Shown here in pieces: positions 44,370 to 53,895 of a DNA stretch of 64,000 nt. The stretch is from Nitrospirota bacterium (GTDB taxonomy: Bacteria > Nitrospirota > Nitrospiria > JACQBZ01). The position numbers and the translations under genes were made by a program. The stretch is taken from assembly GCA_016201865.1 (NCBI GenBank), contig JACQCA010000025.1, positions 3,551-67,550 of the forward strand, given 5' to 3'. Under the pieces are notes generated by a model, which did no database searches, was not told the origin of the DNA, and worked only from the letters and a program-made list of their open reading frames with translations. How positions within the stretch are numbered: position 1 is the first letter of the stretch; every line of letters begins with the position of its first letter.

Positions 44370-44750
44370 TCACTTACCAGTGATGATTATTTTCATCGCG
44401 GCAACAAATTCTTTTCCGTCTTCCAACTTTAAAGTCTGCACCGGTTCAACGACTTCATCCTGAATGTCGTAGTCCACGATCTCCCGGATCTTCCGTGCAT
44501 TGATCAGCATCCGATGGTATTTTGGATCCATCTTTCCGGTTTTTGCAAAATGAAACCCCAAGGACGCTTCAACAGCCGAGTGTTTTCCGACCTCGATGTC
44601 CTCGGATCTCAGAAGGGCCTGAGCCGCGTAGAACATGGCGTAATAGATCTTGCTGGAGGCGTCCGAAGCAAAACCCTGCTTGATGAGTGATTCCGCGACT
44701 TCCAGTGCATGATCCGCTTTTTCAAGAAGTCGCTGAACTTCTTTGCTCAC
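44370..44750 (-). CDS. HEPN domain protein (UPF0332-like)
   Basis: YYAMFYAAQALL, KHSAV, REIVDY. Confidence 0.87.
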   Translation of the reverse strand: MSKEVQRLLEKADHALEVAESLIKQGFASDASSKIYYAMFYAAQALLRSEDIEVGKHSAVEASLGFHFAKTGKMDPKYHRMLINARKIREIVDYDIQDEVVEPVQTLKLEDGKEFVAAMKIIITGK

Positions 44751-45076
44751 AGGGCGACTCCCTCACGTTCTACGCTCCGATAGAATGAAAAGCCTTCCGC
44801 CAGGGCTTTGCGATACGCGTCTTCCGTAAAGACCTTGACCGAAAGAATCGGCCTGAAATCGTGGTCCCACATCACCCGGTACGCGACATCCTCAATCCGG
44901 CCCTCCAGCTCGGGCGTCTTCCGATCCACCAGGATCACAAGGTCCAGATCGGAATCCTCTCGCCCCTGCCCTCGCGCGCGGGAGCCGAAAGCAATCACCT
45001 TTCGGACATGGGCCGTCGCATCGGCCGGCAGACGCTGCTTCAATTCCAAAATCAAATCCCGATCCTGCTTGTCCAT
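44747..45076 (-). CDS. minimal nucleotidyltransferase (MNT)
   Basis: FGSRARG..DSDLDL. Confidence 0.9.
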   Translation of the reverse strand: MDKQDRDLILELKQRLPADATAHVRKVIAFGSRARGQGREDSDLDLVILVDRKTPELEGRIEDVAYRVMWDHDFRPILSVKVFTEDAYRKALAEGFSFYRSVEREGVAL

Positions 45077-45222
45077 CCGAAACCTCCCGGACATCCTTCA
45101 TAGCTGCTCTTAGGATACAGCGTCGAAAGAGCGTTTGCAAGCCGTATCGGCTTCCATCCCCCATATCCGCGCGCATTCTTTACCAACTCGAAGGCCCTAT
45201 TGTTTATCTTGAAGTTCCAATC

Positions 45223-45573
45223 TTAGAAATCTGATGCAGTCATAGCTAAATACAACGCCCAAGAGATTATAATTCCCAAAATTTGCCAAGGTATCACGGT
45301 ATATTCCCTTCTTACACCAAGCCATATAGCACATACTAATGCCAAGATAACAGGAACAGCAAAAGATAGATTTACACTGAAAACCTTAAACATTATGACG
45401 GCCATCGCCGCATAAAATATTCCGTCAATAATCTCCATCATTGATTGTGGTAATTTCTTCCACGATTCGCCAACGATAAGCTCCAGAACAAAATAAAACA
45501 GTAGACTTATTAAACCGCCTACCGCTATAGGCGCACCAAAAATCAACAAGGTATAAACTATAACTTCTTTCAA
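45223..45573 (-). CDS. AT-rich hypothetical membrane protein (about 4 TM)
   Basis: hydrophobic 116-aa ORF, visibly AT-richer than flanks. Confidence 0.7.
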   Translation of the reverse strand: MKEVIVYTLLIFGAPIAVGGLISLLFYFVLELIVGESWKKLPQSMMEIIDGIFYAAMAVIMFKVFSVNLSFAVPVILALVCAIWLGVRREYTVIPWQILGIIISWALYLAMTASDF

Positions 45574-45595
45574 TCGTCCACCATTATCTCAAAAA

Positions 45596-45752
45596 ATGGG
45601 ACTGCTTTATTTCTTGGCATGCGTTATAAGAGATGTACGAACCAGCGCAGATCACGGGGTTCCTTTTCTCCATCCGGCGGATGTGACCGCGTGAAAAAAT
45701 TAAAGACGGCAGGAACGGCCCGCGCCGGAGGAATGATGGGAGGATGATACCC
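45596..45752 (-). repeat. conserved leader element, copy 2
   Basis: aligns with 39851-40052. Confidence 0.9.
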
Positions 45753-45772
45753 TTATGTCAGCGCGACTTCAA
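45744..45772 (-). promoter_or_regulatory. sigma70 promoter
   Basis: TTGAAG-17-TATCAT, same position relative to the leader as in copy 1. Confidence 0.6.
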
Positions 45773-45956
45773 GAGGCTTCTTGCTCAACTTGCTGACCCT
45801 GAGCACGGAAAAACCCAGAACGTTCCCGGCCTGATCTACTTTTTCCATCACCTGATCATTCTCCGTCTCACGAAAATACCCTTCTTTCTGATCAAAAATC
45901 ACCTCGAGGTAATCGTCTTCCGGGTCATACCAGAGTTTTACGATTTTCTTGGCCAA
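45753..45956 (-). CDS. DUF2283 family protein (orphan)
   Basis: KLWYDPEDDYLEVIF..GNVLGFSVL. Confidence 0.85.
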   Translation of the reverse strand: MAKKIVKLWYDPEDDYLEVIFDQKEGYFRETENDQVMEKVDQAGNVLGFSVLRVSKLSKKPLEVALT

Positions 45957-45978
45957 ATCAGATCTCCCTCTGGGAGGG

Positions 45979-47592
45979 TTATTGTTTCGCCGCCGCGGCG
46001 GGCATGATTTCGGCGCGGCGGACGTAATCGGGAAGGATGATCGGTGCGATCCGTTTCGGCTTGATTCCGTTCTTCTCCAGTTCCTTCTGGAACCGGGTCA
46101 CATGGGACAGCGTCAGCTTTCCGGCTGGAACCGATTTCGCACGCTGGGCGGCCGCGGCGCCCGCCCGCTTTCCGAAAACGATTAAATCCAGAAGCGAATT
46201 TCCCATCAAGCGGTTCCGGCCGTGCAGCCCGCCGGATGCTTCTCCGGCGACGAACAGCCCCTGGGTCTGGGACTGCCCGTCCGTATCAATCGCCACGCCG
46301 CCGTTCTGGTAATGAAGCGTAGGATAGATCAGCACCGGCTCTTTTCGAATATCAATCCCGTACCGCTCAAACTGCCGGACCATCGCCGGGAAGCGCTTTG
46401 TGATGTTTCCCTCGCCCAATAGTAGATCGATCATCGGAATGTCGAGCCAGACCCCGACCCGTCCGGCCGGCGTCTTCACACCCCGGCCCTCGGCGCATTC
46501 ACGTATGATCGACGCGGCCACGACGTCGCGTGTATCGAGTTCGTTAACGAACCGCTTGCCGTTCCGGTTGACGAGATGTCCGCCGTCGGAGCGGATGCCT
46601 TCGGTCACGAGCGCGCCGGCCAGCTGTTCCGGAAAAACGGCCCCGGTGGGATGGTACTGAAAGGTGTCGGCATGGGCCAGCTTCGCGCCGGTGCGATAGG
46701 CCAGAACCAGCGCGTCGCCGGTCGCGCCATAGTGATTGCTCGTGGGAAAACCCTCGATATGAAGCCGTCCGGAGCCGCCCGTCGCCAGGATGACCGACTT
46801 GGCTTCGACCACGATGAACTGGTCGTTGTCCATATTTTTGAGCACCGCGCCGGAGCATCGCCCGTCCGGATCGGTCAGCAGCTCCACCACGGGTGAGAAC
46901 TCCAGGATCGGGATCCGTTGGTTTAAGACCTCGTCCTTAAGCACACGCATGATCTCAAGGCCGGTATAATCGCTGCAGGTGAGAAGCCGCGGCTTTGTGC
47001 TACCGCCGCCTTTCTTCGTCTTGAGGTTTCCGCTCTCGTCCCGGTCGAACAGAACCCCGAGCCCGATCAGCCACTGCGCGGCCTTCGGGCCCTCTTCCAC
47101 CAGGACCTTGAGAAGCTTTGGATCGTTCTTGAGATGTCCGCCTCGAAGCGTGTCGAAGAAATGGGTCACGGGCGAATCATCCTCGGTGATCGCGACCTGC
47201 ATCCCGCCCTGGGCCATGACCGTATTGGAATCGCCCATTCGCAGCTTGGTCACGAGCAGAACGTCCGCTCCAAGCGCCTTGGCCGTCAGCGCGGCCGTCG
47301 CCCCCGCCCCGCCCCCGCCGACCACCAGCACATCCACACGGTACTGCGGCGTAAGATCGAGATCTGCCGGAACGGGACTGTCCGATTCCAGAAGCTCGGC
47401 CACCTCCCGCACGGTTCGTTCGCCCGCGTTGGGACCGGTCTGGATTTTGTGATACTCTTCTTTTTTATAATCGGGATGGAATGCGCGGACCAGCCGGTCC
47501 CGTTCCTCCGGCGACTGGATCGGAACGGTCTGCTTGCGACGTTCGTCGCGTTCGTGGATGACCTTGCTTTTTGATTCGGCGATGACGTCCAT
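45979..47592 (-). CDS. frdA: fumarate reductase/succinate dehydrogenase flavoprotein subunit
   Basis: VVGGGGAG, SNTVMAQGG, QYHPTG, TEGIR, HYQNGG, LHGRNRLMGNSL. Confidence 0.85.
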   Translation of the reverse strand: MDVIAESKSKVIHERDERRKQTVPIQSPEERDRLVRAFHPDYKKEEYHKIQTGPNAGERTVREVAELLESDSPVPADLDLTPQYRVDVLVVGGGGAGATAALTAKALGADVLLVTKLRMGDSNTVMAQGGMQVAITEDDSPVTHFFDTLRGGHLKNDPKLLKVLVEEGPKAAQWLIGLGVLFDRDESGNLKTKKGGGSTKPRLLTCSDYTGLEIMRVLKDEVLNQRIPILEFSPVVELLTDPDGRCSGAVLKNMDNDQFIVVEAKSVILATGGSGRLHIEGFPTSNHYGATGDALVLAYRTGAKLAHADTFQYHPTGAVFPEQLAGALVTEGIRSDGGHLVNRNGKRFVNELDTRDVVAASIIRECAEGRGVKTPAGRVGVWLDIPMIDLLLGEGNITKRFPAMVRQFERYGIDIRKEPVLIYPTLHYQNGGVAIDTDGQSQTQGLFVAGEASGGLHGRNRLMGNSLLDLIVFGKRAGAAAAQRAKSVPAGKLTLSHVTRFQKELEKNGIKPKRIAPIILPDYVRRAEIMPAAAAKQ

Positions 47593-47604
47593 AGGCGAGC
47601 TTTC

Positions 47605-48312
47605 CTATTTAGACGGTTGCCCGGCGGCTTTTAATTCCTCTTCGCTCATAGAGAGGATCTTTTTCCATTCATCCGTGTATTTGCCGGACCGGATCTCGTC
47701 AACCCGGCGGGTGAGATTCTGCGGCGGCGCCGTCAGACGGGCCCCGTGCGCGCGGCTGGCGTAAAGCGCGACATGGTTCGGGGCGATGTCGGCGATGCAG
47801 ACCGGAATGCACTGGCCGCACATCACGCAGTCCATGAACATCTCCGAGACCTTCTGAAAATCGCCGAAGACCGCCTTCCAGACGCCGTCCCGCACGTCGA
47901 TCCCCTGCGGACAGGCCTCGGTGCAGGCGTTGCAGTTCCGGCAGAGCGAGGCTTCGGGATAGATCTTGAACAGCTCCTGTTTCGGATCGGAAATCTGATC
48001 CAGATCGTAGATCGACTTGCGGTTCGGGTAATAGGAGAAATTCAGAAAGAAGGACATCCCGTCCTCGACCAGCATCTGGCAGGCCAGCGTGTTTCGAAGA
48101 CGGACGTCGTCCTTCGTCCGGTACGTGGCGGCGCAGGCCCCGCAGAAGCCGCCGAGACATCCCGCGCCGCGAACAACCTCATGCCCGGTATACCACATCG
48201 CCCGCAGCATTGTAAGCCCGTCGGGCACGGAATACGGCCGGCCCATGATCTCGACCGTGATCATCCGGCTCTGTGCGCCGATCGTACTCTCGTGAACGCG
48301 TTCAGTCATCAT
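47605..48312 (-). CDS. frdB: fumarate reductase iron-sulfur subunit ([2Fe-2S] plus 2[4Fe-4S])
   Basis: CLGGFCGAC..LAC; CRNCNACTEACP; CVMCGQCIPVC. Confidence 0.78.
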   Translation of the reverse strand: MMTERVHESTIGAQSRMITVEIMGRPYSVPDGLTMLRAMWYTGHEVVRGAGCLGGFCGACAATYRTKDDVRLRNTLACQMLVEDGMSFFLNFSYYPNRKSIYDLDQISDPKQELFKIYPEASLCRNCNACTEACPQGIDVRDGVWKAVFGDFQKVSEMFMDCVMCGQCIPVCIADIAPNHVALYASRAHGARLTAPPQNLTRRVDEIRSGKYTDEWKKILSMSEEELKAAGQPSK

Positions 48313-48321
48313 TCCTTCCGA

Positions 48322-50568
48322 TTAACTTAAGGCATTTAATGCCGAACCGGCCTTAAACCATCCGATCTGCTGTTCCGTCATGCTGTGGTTGGCCTGTATC
48401 TTGATCTCTTTTCCATCGGCCTTCTGAACCACGACCTCGACCGGCTTTTCCGGCGCAAGCTGAGCCAAGCCTCGAACGTTGACCCGATCACTCTGCTCGA
48501 ATTTTTCGTAATCCTTCGGATCGGCAAACGTCAACGGAAGGATGCCCTGTTTTTTCAAGTTGGTCTCATGAATACGTGCGAAGCTTTTCACGAGAACGGC
48601 CAGTACGCCCAGGAAGCGCGGCGACATCGCGGCATGCTCGCGGCTGGAACCCTCGCCGTAATTCTCATCGCCGATCACGACCGAGCCTATGCCTTTGGCC
48701 TTGTACCGGCGTGCAATCGCGGCGATCGTCAGGTTGGATTCGCCGGACAACACATCCGTCCCCTTGCCAGGCTCGGCGCTGAAGACGTTGTTCGCACCCA
48801 GAAACATGTTGTCGCTGATCTTGTCCAGATGGCCGCGATATTTGAGCCACTGCCCGGCGGGCGAGATATGATCGGTGGTGCATTTTCCCTTGGCCTTGAT
48901 CAGGATCGGCAGTTTTTCGAAATCCTTCCCGTCCCATCGTGGAAAAGGTTTTAAAAGCTGGAGCCGCTCACTCGTGGGCGGAATATCGATCTCGATCTTG
49001 TCGCCGTCCTTCGCGGGTGGTTCGAATCCTTCCTCGCCTTTTGCAAACCCTTTGGTCGGAAGTTCTTCCCCACGCGGCGGCTCGAACTTGATCTTCGTTC
49101 CGTCCGCGGCCGTCAGACTGCCCGTGATAGGATTGAAGTCCAAGGTTCCGGCAAAAGCCATGGCCGTAACGATTTCGGGACTCGAAAGGAAGGAAAGCGT
49201 CTCGGCATTCCCGTCGTTTCGGCCGGGGAAGTTTCGGTTGTACGAGCTGATGATCGAGTTGGACTCCTTCGGCTTCAGGTCGGATCGTTTCCATTGCCCG
49301 ATACAGGGTCCGCAGGCGTTGGCCAGCACCGTCCCGCCCATCGCTTCGAATGTTTTCATGAAGCCGTCACGGATCATCGTGTGATAGATCCGTTCGGACC
49401 CGGGCGTCACCAAAAAACCGGCCTTGGCCTTCAGGCCGGCTTTCAGCCCCTGAAGCGCGATATGGGCCGAGCGGCTGATGTCTTCATACGAGGAATTGGT
49501 GCAGGATCCGATGAGGGCGGCCTTTAATTCAACCGGGTATCCTTTTTCCTTCGCCTCGGCCGCGAGTTTCGAGATCGGCCGCGCCAGGTCCGGGGTATGC
49601 GGCCCGACGACGTGAGGTTCCAGCTCGGACAGGTTGATCTCGACGATCTGGTCGTAGTACTTTTCGGGTTTGACCATCACCTCCGGATCGGACATGAGGT
49701 TCTCCCGATTGGTCTGCGCCAGCTTGGCCCATTCGGCCCGGTCAGTTGCATTCAAATAGGCTGCCATCTTGTCGTCGAACTGGAAAATCGATGTGGTCGC
49801 CCCGAGCTCGGCGCCCATATTCGTGATCGTTCCCTTGCCGGTGCAGGAGATCGTCCCGGCGCCGGGCCCGAAATATTCGATGATCTTGTTCGTCCCGCCC
49901 TTCACCGTCAGTAGGCCGCAGAGATATAAAATCACGTCCTTCGGAGAGCTCCAGCCCTTCAACTGTCCCGTCAATCGAACGCCGATCAATTTGGGATGCA
50001 ACACCTCCCACGGCAGCCCGGCCATCACCTCGCCGGCATCCGCGCCGCCTACCCCGATCGCAAGCATGCCGAGCCCCCCGCCGTTCGGTGTGTGAGAATC
50101 GGTTCCGATCAGAAGCGCACCCGGAAAGGCGGAGTTCTCCAGAACGACCTGATGGATGATCCCCGCGCCCGGTTTCCAGAAACCGATCCCGAATTTCCGT
50201 GCGGCCGAACTTAGAAAATTGTAAACCTCCTTGTTCTCTTCGATCGCACGCCGAACGTCATCCTTCGCGCCGCTCTGCGCACGGATCAGATGATCGCAAT
50301 GGACCGTACTCGGGATGGCCACTTTTTTCTTTCCGGCCTGAATGAACTGGAGCAGCGCCATCTGGGCCGTCGCGTCCTGCATTGCGACCCGGTCCGGTCG
50401 CAGAAGAAGCTGGGCCTTGCCACGTTCCCAGACCTGGGCATTAAAATCATCGGCATGCGTCACCAGGATTTTTTCGGTCAATGTCAACGGACGGCCGAAT
50501 TTTTTCCGGGCCTTCGCCAGCTTTTCCGGCATGGAGGCATAAAGTTTTTTGATGGCTTCAACCGACAT
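48322..50568 (-). CDS. acnA: aconitate hydratase
   Basis: RVAMQDATAQM, HCDHLI, GTDSHT, IGSCTNSS, ACGPCIG, GSSREHAA. Confidence 0.95.
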   Translation of the reverse strand: MSVEAIKKLYASMPEKLAKARKKFGRPLTLTEKILVTHADDFNAQVWERGKAQLLLRPDRVAMQDATAQMALLQFIQAGKKKVAIPSTVHCDHLIRAQSGAKDDVRRAIEENKEVYNFLSSAARKFGIGFWKPGAGIIHQVVLENSAFPGALLIGTDSHTPNGGGLGMLAIGVGGADAGEVMAGLPWEVLHPKLIGVRLTGQLKGWSSPKDVILYLCGLLTVKGGTNKIIEYFGPGAGTISCTGKGTITNMGAELGATTSIFQFDDKMAAYLNATDRAEWAKLAQTNRENLMSDPEVMVKPEKYYDQIVEINLSELEPHVVGPHTPDLARPISKLAAEAKEKGYPVELKAALIGSCTNSSYEDISRSAHIALQGLKAGLKAKAGFLVTPGSERIYHTMIRDGFMKTFEAMGGTVLANACGPCIGQWKRSDLKPKESNSIISSYNRNFPGRNDGNAETLSFLSSPEIVTAMAFAGTLDFNPITGSLTAADGTKIKFEPPRGEELPTKGFAKGEEGFEPPAKDGDKIEIDIPPTSERLQLLKPFPRWDGKDFEKLPILIKAKGKCTTDHISPAGQWLKYRGHLDKISDNMFLGANNVFSAEPGKGTDVLSGESNLTIAAIARRYKAKGIGSVVIGDENYGEGSSREHAAMSPRFLGVLAVLVKSFARIHETNLKKQGILPLTFADPKDYEKFEQSDRVNVRGLAQLAPEKPVEVVVQKADGKEIKIQANHSMTEQQIGWFKAGSALNALS

Positions 50569-50641
50569 GGAAGGCTCCCTTCCTCATTATCGTCTGGAAA
50601 TTTCATTCTAACGGGCCGCCGCAGCGATAGTCAACGGATAT

Positions 50642-52468
50642 CTATTTGAGCGGCGGGACGTCCTTCTTTTTCGGGGCCGCGTAATTGATCAGGTAATCGA
50701 ACAAACGGATCAAGCGGCTGCCCTGCTGCTTCTGATCGATCCAGTGGCCGATCAGGCCGATCGTCCGCGCCAGAATAAAAAAGCCGTTGAGGCTCTCGAC
50801 CGGGAAGCCCAGGTCGACCAGTACGGCCGCGATCGTTCCATCCACGTTGAGGATCAGTGTGTCTTTCTTGGCCGTCGTGATCTTTTCGACCTCCAGCGCA
50901 AAATCCAGATGCGGCGTGGAAATCTTCAGGCTCTTCACGTAACCCACGAGCTCTTTGACCCTTTTGTCCGGATTCTTTACGCTTTTGACGCGGTGGCCGA
51001 TTCCGGGAACCGGTCCGACATTGGCCTTCATGTAGGTCAAAAAGTCGTCCACCGAAAGCTTGTTTTCGACGGCATATTTAAACCACTTGCCCGCATCCGT
51101 GACGGCGCCCCCAAAGCGCGGCCCGATCATGATCATGCCGGCCGCGATCGACTGGGCCATCGAGATCCCGGCGCAGGACGCGATGATCGTCGTCAGCGCG
51201 CCCGAGACGGCCGGCCCGTGGTCGGCCGAGAGCATGATGATCCGTTTGATGATTTCGGCCTCCTGCTGCGTGATCAGTTTTTTGTTCCAGAGAAGGCCGA
51301 TGACGTGAGGAATCTGGTAGCCTTGATTGATCAGCTCCGAGGCGGCATAACCGTAATAGAGCGGCTCTTCCCCGCGGTCGTCCGAGATGGTGGTCTTCAC
51401 CATCGGCTCGACAAACACCTCGCCGCTTTTGCGTGACTCGTCGATCGTCTTGGGAAGCTTGGGCAGGGCCTCCGGTTCAACAGCCGGGGCTTCCTTCACC
51501 AGCCCTTTGGAAAGAAGCTCCTGGTAGACCTCTTTGATCGCGGGGCCGAGGCCGCCGAACGTGGCCGGCACGATCGCGCCGGCTTCGCGAAGACGGTCGG
51601 CTTTGTGCCGCGCGCTGCCTTCGCCCTTCATCCCTTCCTTTGCGCCGGCATGACCGAACTTCATTCCCTTGGGCAGCACCTCCTGGCAGAAGCCGGAGAT
51701 GACCGCCATTAATTTGATCCGGCGTTTTTTGGCGGCATACCAGTCGGCCGCCCGTTCTTCAAGATCACCGCCCATCTCGCCCACGATCACGACGGCATGG
51801 GTCTTCGGATCCTTTTCGAACATCTCAAGGTAGGTCACATAATCCGATCCCGGATAGGCGTCTCCCCCGATTCCGATCGCGGTCGTGACACCGTCGGCGA
51901 ACTGGCTGCAGATCCAGATGATCTCATTGGACAGGCCGCCGGATTTTGTGATCACGCCGAAGGAACCGGGACGGTAGAGCTTGCTCAAGATCAAATTGTC
52001 AAACGCGCCGCCGATCACGCCCAGACGGCATTCGCCGGCCGAGATGATGCCGATGGCGGACGGTCCGTTAAAAACCTTGCCCTTTTCCCGTGCGATGCGC
52101 GACAGCAGTTTGCTGTCCTTTTCGGGAACGCCCTCGGTGATCATCGAAACCAGCCGGATCGAACTCGTATTCAGCGCCTCGCGGGCCGCTCCGAGCGCCC
52201 GGTCGGGACCGACATAAACCAGACTGGTGTTGATCTCCGGATGACCGGCGACCGCCTCGGCCATTGTTTTGTAGACCGGGATTGAAACGATCTCGCTGCC
52301 GTAGGGCACTTCATTGATCTTTCCGGCATCCGGAGGAAAGACGAATGCCTGGACCGTCAGCGGCGCCTTGCTCAAATAACAGAATTCGGACATCCGGCGG
52401 GCCGCGTTCAGCCCGGCCGGACCGCCCTGGATCACCACCCGCGTATCGCGATTCGCCACGATGCTCAT
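50642..52468 (-). CDS. aclA: ATP-citrate lyase alpha subunit
   Basis: TKSGGLSNE, KFGHAGA phospho-His, DHGPAVSG, PGIGHRVKS, NVDG. Confidence 0.95.
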   Translation of the reverse strand: MSIVANRDTRVVIQGGPAGLNAARRMSEFCYLSKAPLTVQAFVFPPDAGKINEVPYGSEIVSIPVYKTMAEAVAGHPEINTSLVYVGPDRALGAAREALNTSSIRLVSMITEGVPEKDSKLLSRIAREKGKVFNGPSAIGIISAGECRLGVIGGAFDNLILSKLYRPGSFGVITKSGGLSNEIIWICSQFADGVTTAIGIGGDAYPGSDYVTYLEMFEKDPKTHAVVIVGEMGGDLEERAADWYAAKKRRIKLMAVISGFCQEVLPKGMKFGHAGAKEGMKGEGSARHKADRLREAGAIVPATFGGLGPAIKEVYQELLSKGLVKEAPAVEPEALPKLPKTIDESRKSGEVFVEPMVKTTISDDRGEEPLYYGYAASELINQGYQIPHVIGLLWNKKLITQQEAEIIKRIIMLSADHGPAVSGALTTIIASCAGISMAQSIAAGMIMIGPRFGGAVTDAGKWFKYAVENKLSVDDFLTYMKANVGPVPGIGHRVKSVKNPDKRVKELVGYVKSLKISTPHLDFALEVEKITTAKKDTLILNVDGTIAAVLVDLGFPVESLNGFFILARTIGLIGHWIDQKQQGSRLIRLFDYLINYAAPKKKDVPPLK

Positions 52469-53748
52469 CGTCTCGCCTCCCTGGCTCTCCCGCTCCTCGT
52501 CTTTGCCGTTCCAGTTTTCTCACGCAAAGGCGCCGCCGCAGCCGCCGTCTCTTTTTGAAGGGACATGTCCACGATATCGGTCAGGGGGGTGTTGCGATCG
52601 AAGACATGGATCAAGAACCCTTCGGACTCGAGGGTCTTCATCGCGGCCAGTCCATCCTTTTCATAGGGGCCTCCGCGACGGACCCAGATTTCGACGTTGC
52701 CGAGCTTACCCTGGGCCTTGGCTTTGCGGAAGCCGGCGATGATCCCGGCGAAGGTTTTTTTGACGTTGGTAAAATTGGCGATTGCGCCGCCCACGATGAT
52801 CCGTTGGATGTTGGGAAGGGAACAGACCTTTTCGGTCAGAACTTCGACCGCCCAGTCGGGAGGATCCCCGGAATACTCGGCGTAATTCGCCGGCTTACCG
52901 CCGAGGGCGACGACGGCATCGGTATAGAAGACGCTGGCCCCGCCGCCGGCCGGGAGCAGCGCCGTATCACCGCCCGGGATCTCGATGAATTTGACCGAAC
53001 CCTTGATTTTGGAATCCACCTCCATCACGGCCCGTTCATTCTCGGAATAGGGCCGTCCGAACTCGGCCGCAAACGAAAAGTCCCAGTCCGGATGACGGAA
53101 ACGGGCGTCCGCGTCCAGCAAGGTTACCGCATCCAGCGCCACCAGTTCGCGATCGGCGGAACGCAGCACGAGCGGATTGATCTCAAGATACTGCGCATCC
53201 TCCTGCTCAAAGCACTGATGCAGCTTGGCCGCAAACTCCACGATGCGCGGTGTCAGGTCCTTGTCGAATCCAGCCCGTTTGGACAGGTCAGTCAGCTCAT
53301 TTTTGGATGGTACTTCACCGATTGGGATGGATATTTTCTTGACGTTGTCCCAATTCGACTCGATCTCGATCCCGCCCACGCTCGCAAGCAACAGCTCCGC
53401 GCCTTCCCGCGTGGACTTGACTGAAATATAATATTCCTCCTTGTGAGGGATCATCTCGGAGACGATCACCTGGGAGATCGTCATTCCGCCGCCGAGCGAT
53501 CTACCCAGCATTTCCTTGACCGCACGTTTGGCCGCGTCCAGATCGAGATCCACCTTGACCAGACCCAGCTTCATTCTGGAGCCGATCGCCTCATGGGCTT
53601 TCACGACTAAACGGGATTCCTTCAACCAGGCATTGGCCGAGGCTAACTGCTCGAACTGTTCCGTGGAGGTCACAACCAGATAGCCCGGAACGCTCATCCC
53701 CCACTTCTTCAATAAGCCCATCCCCGGGCCTTCAAGCACCTTTGCCAT
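52465..53748 (-). CDS. aclB: ATP-citrate lyase beta subunit
   Basis: AGGGASV, ANYAEYSG, GGAIANFT, VRRGGP. Confidence 0.95.
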   Translation of the reverse strand: MAKVLEGPGMGLLKKWGMSVPGYLVVTSTEQFEQLASANAWLKESRLVVKAHEAIGSRMKLGLVKVDLDLDAAKRAVKEMLGRSLGGGMTISQVIVSEMIPHKEEYYISVKSTREGAELLLASVGGIEIESNWDNVKKISIPIGEVPSKNELTDLSKRAGFDKDLTPRIVEFAAKLHQCFEQEDAQYLEINPLVLRSADRELVALDAVTLLDADARFRHPDWDFSFAAEFGRPYSENERAVMEVDSKIKGSVKFIEIPGGDTALLPAGGGASVFYTDAVVALGGKPANYAEYSGDPPDWAVEVLTEKVCSLPNIQRIIVGGAIANFTNVKKTFAGIIAGFRKAKAQGKLGNVEIWVRRGGPYEKDGLAAMKTLESEGFLIHVFDRNTPLTDIVDMSLQKETAAAAAPLREKTGTAKTRSGRAREARR

Positions 53749-53849
53749 TTAATGCCTCCTGTCCCTTCAAATTCTCATGGTTTCGGCATTGATGAACGTC
53801 TCAGAAAAGGAAGGGATATTGTAGCCAGTTTTATCGTTATTCTCAACAG

Positions 53850-53887
53850 AAAAAAAGACCTATCGGCTAAGACCCGAATAGGTCTTT
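53850..53887 (-). terminator. probable intrinsic terminator
   Basis: AAGACCTAT/ATAGGTCTT stem with T7 tail on - strand, just after the 421-aa gene. Confidence 0.65.
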
Positions 53888-53895
53888 AGACCCAT

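Noticed and set aside
45979..47592. Alternative call as L-aspartate oxidase (NadB)
   Set aside because: Adjacent Fe-S subunit and TCA context favour fumarate reductase/succinate dehydrogenase
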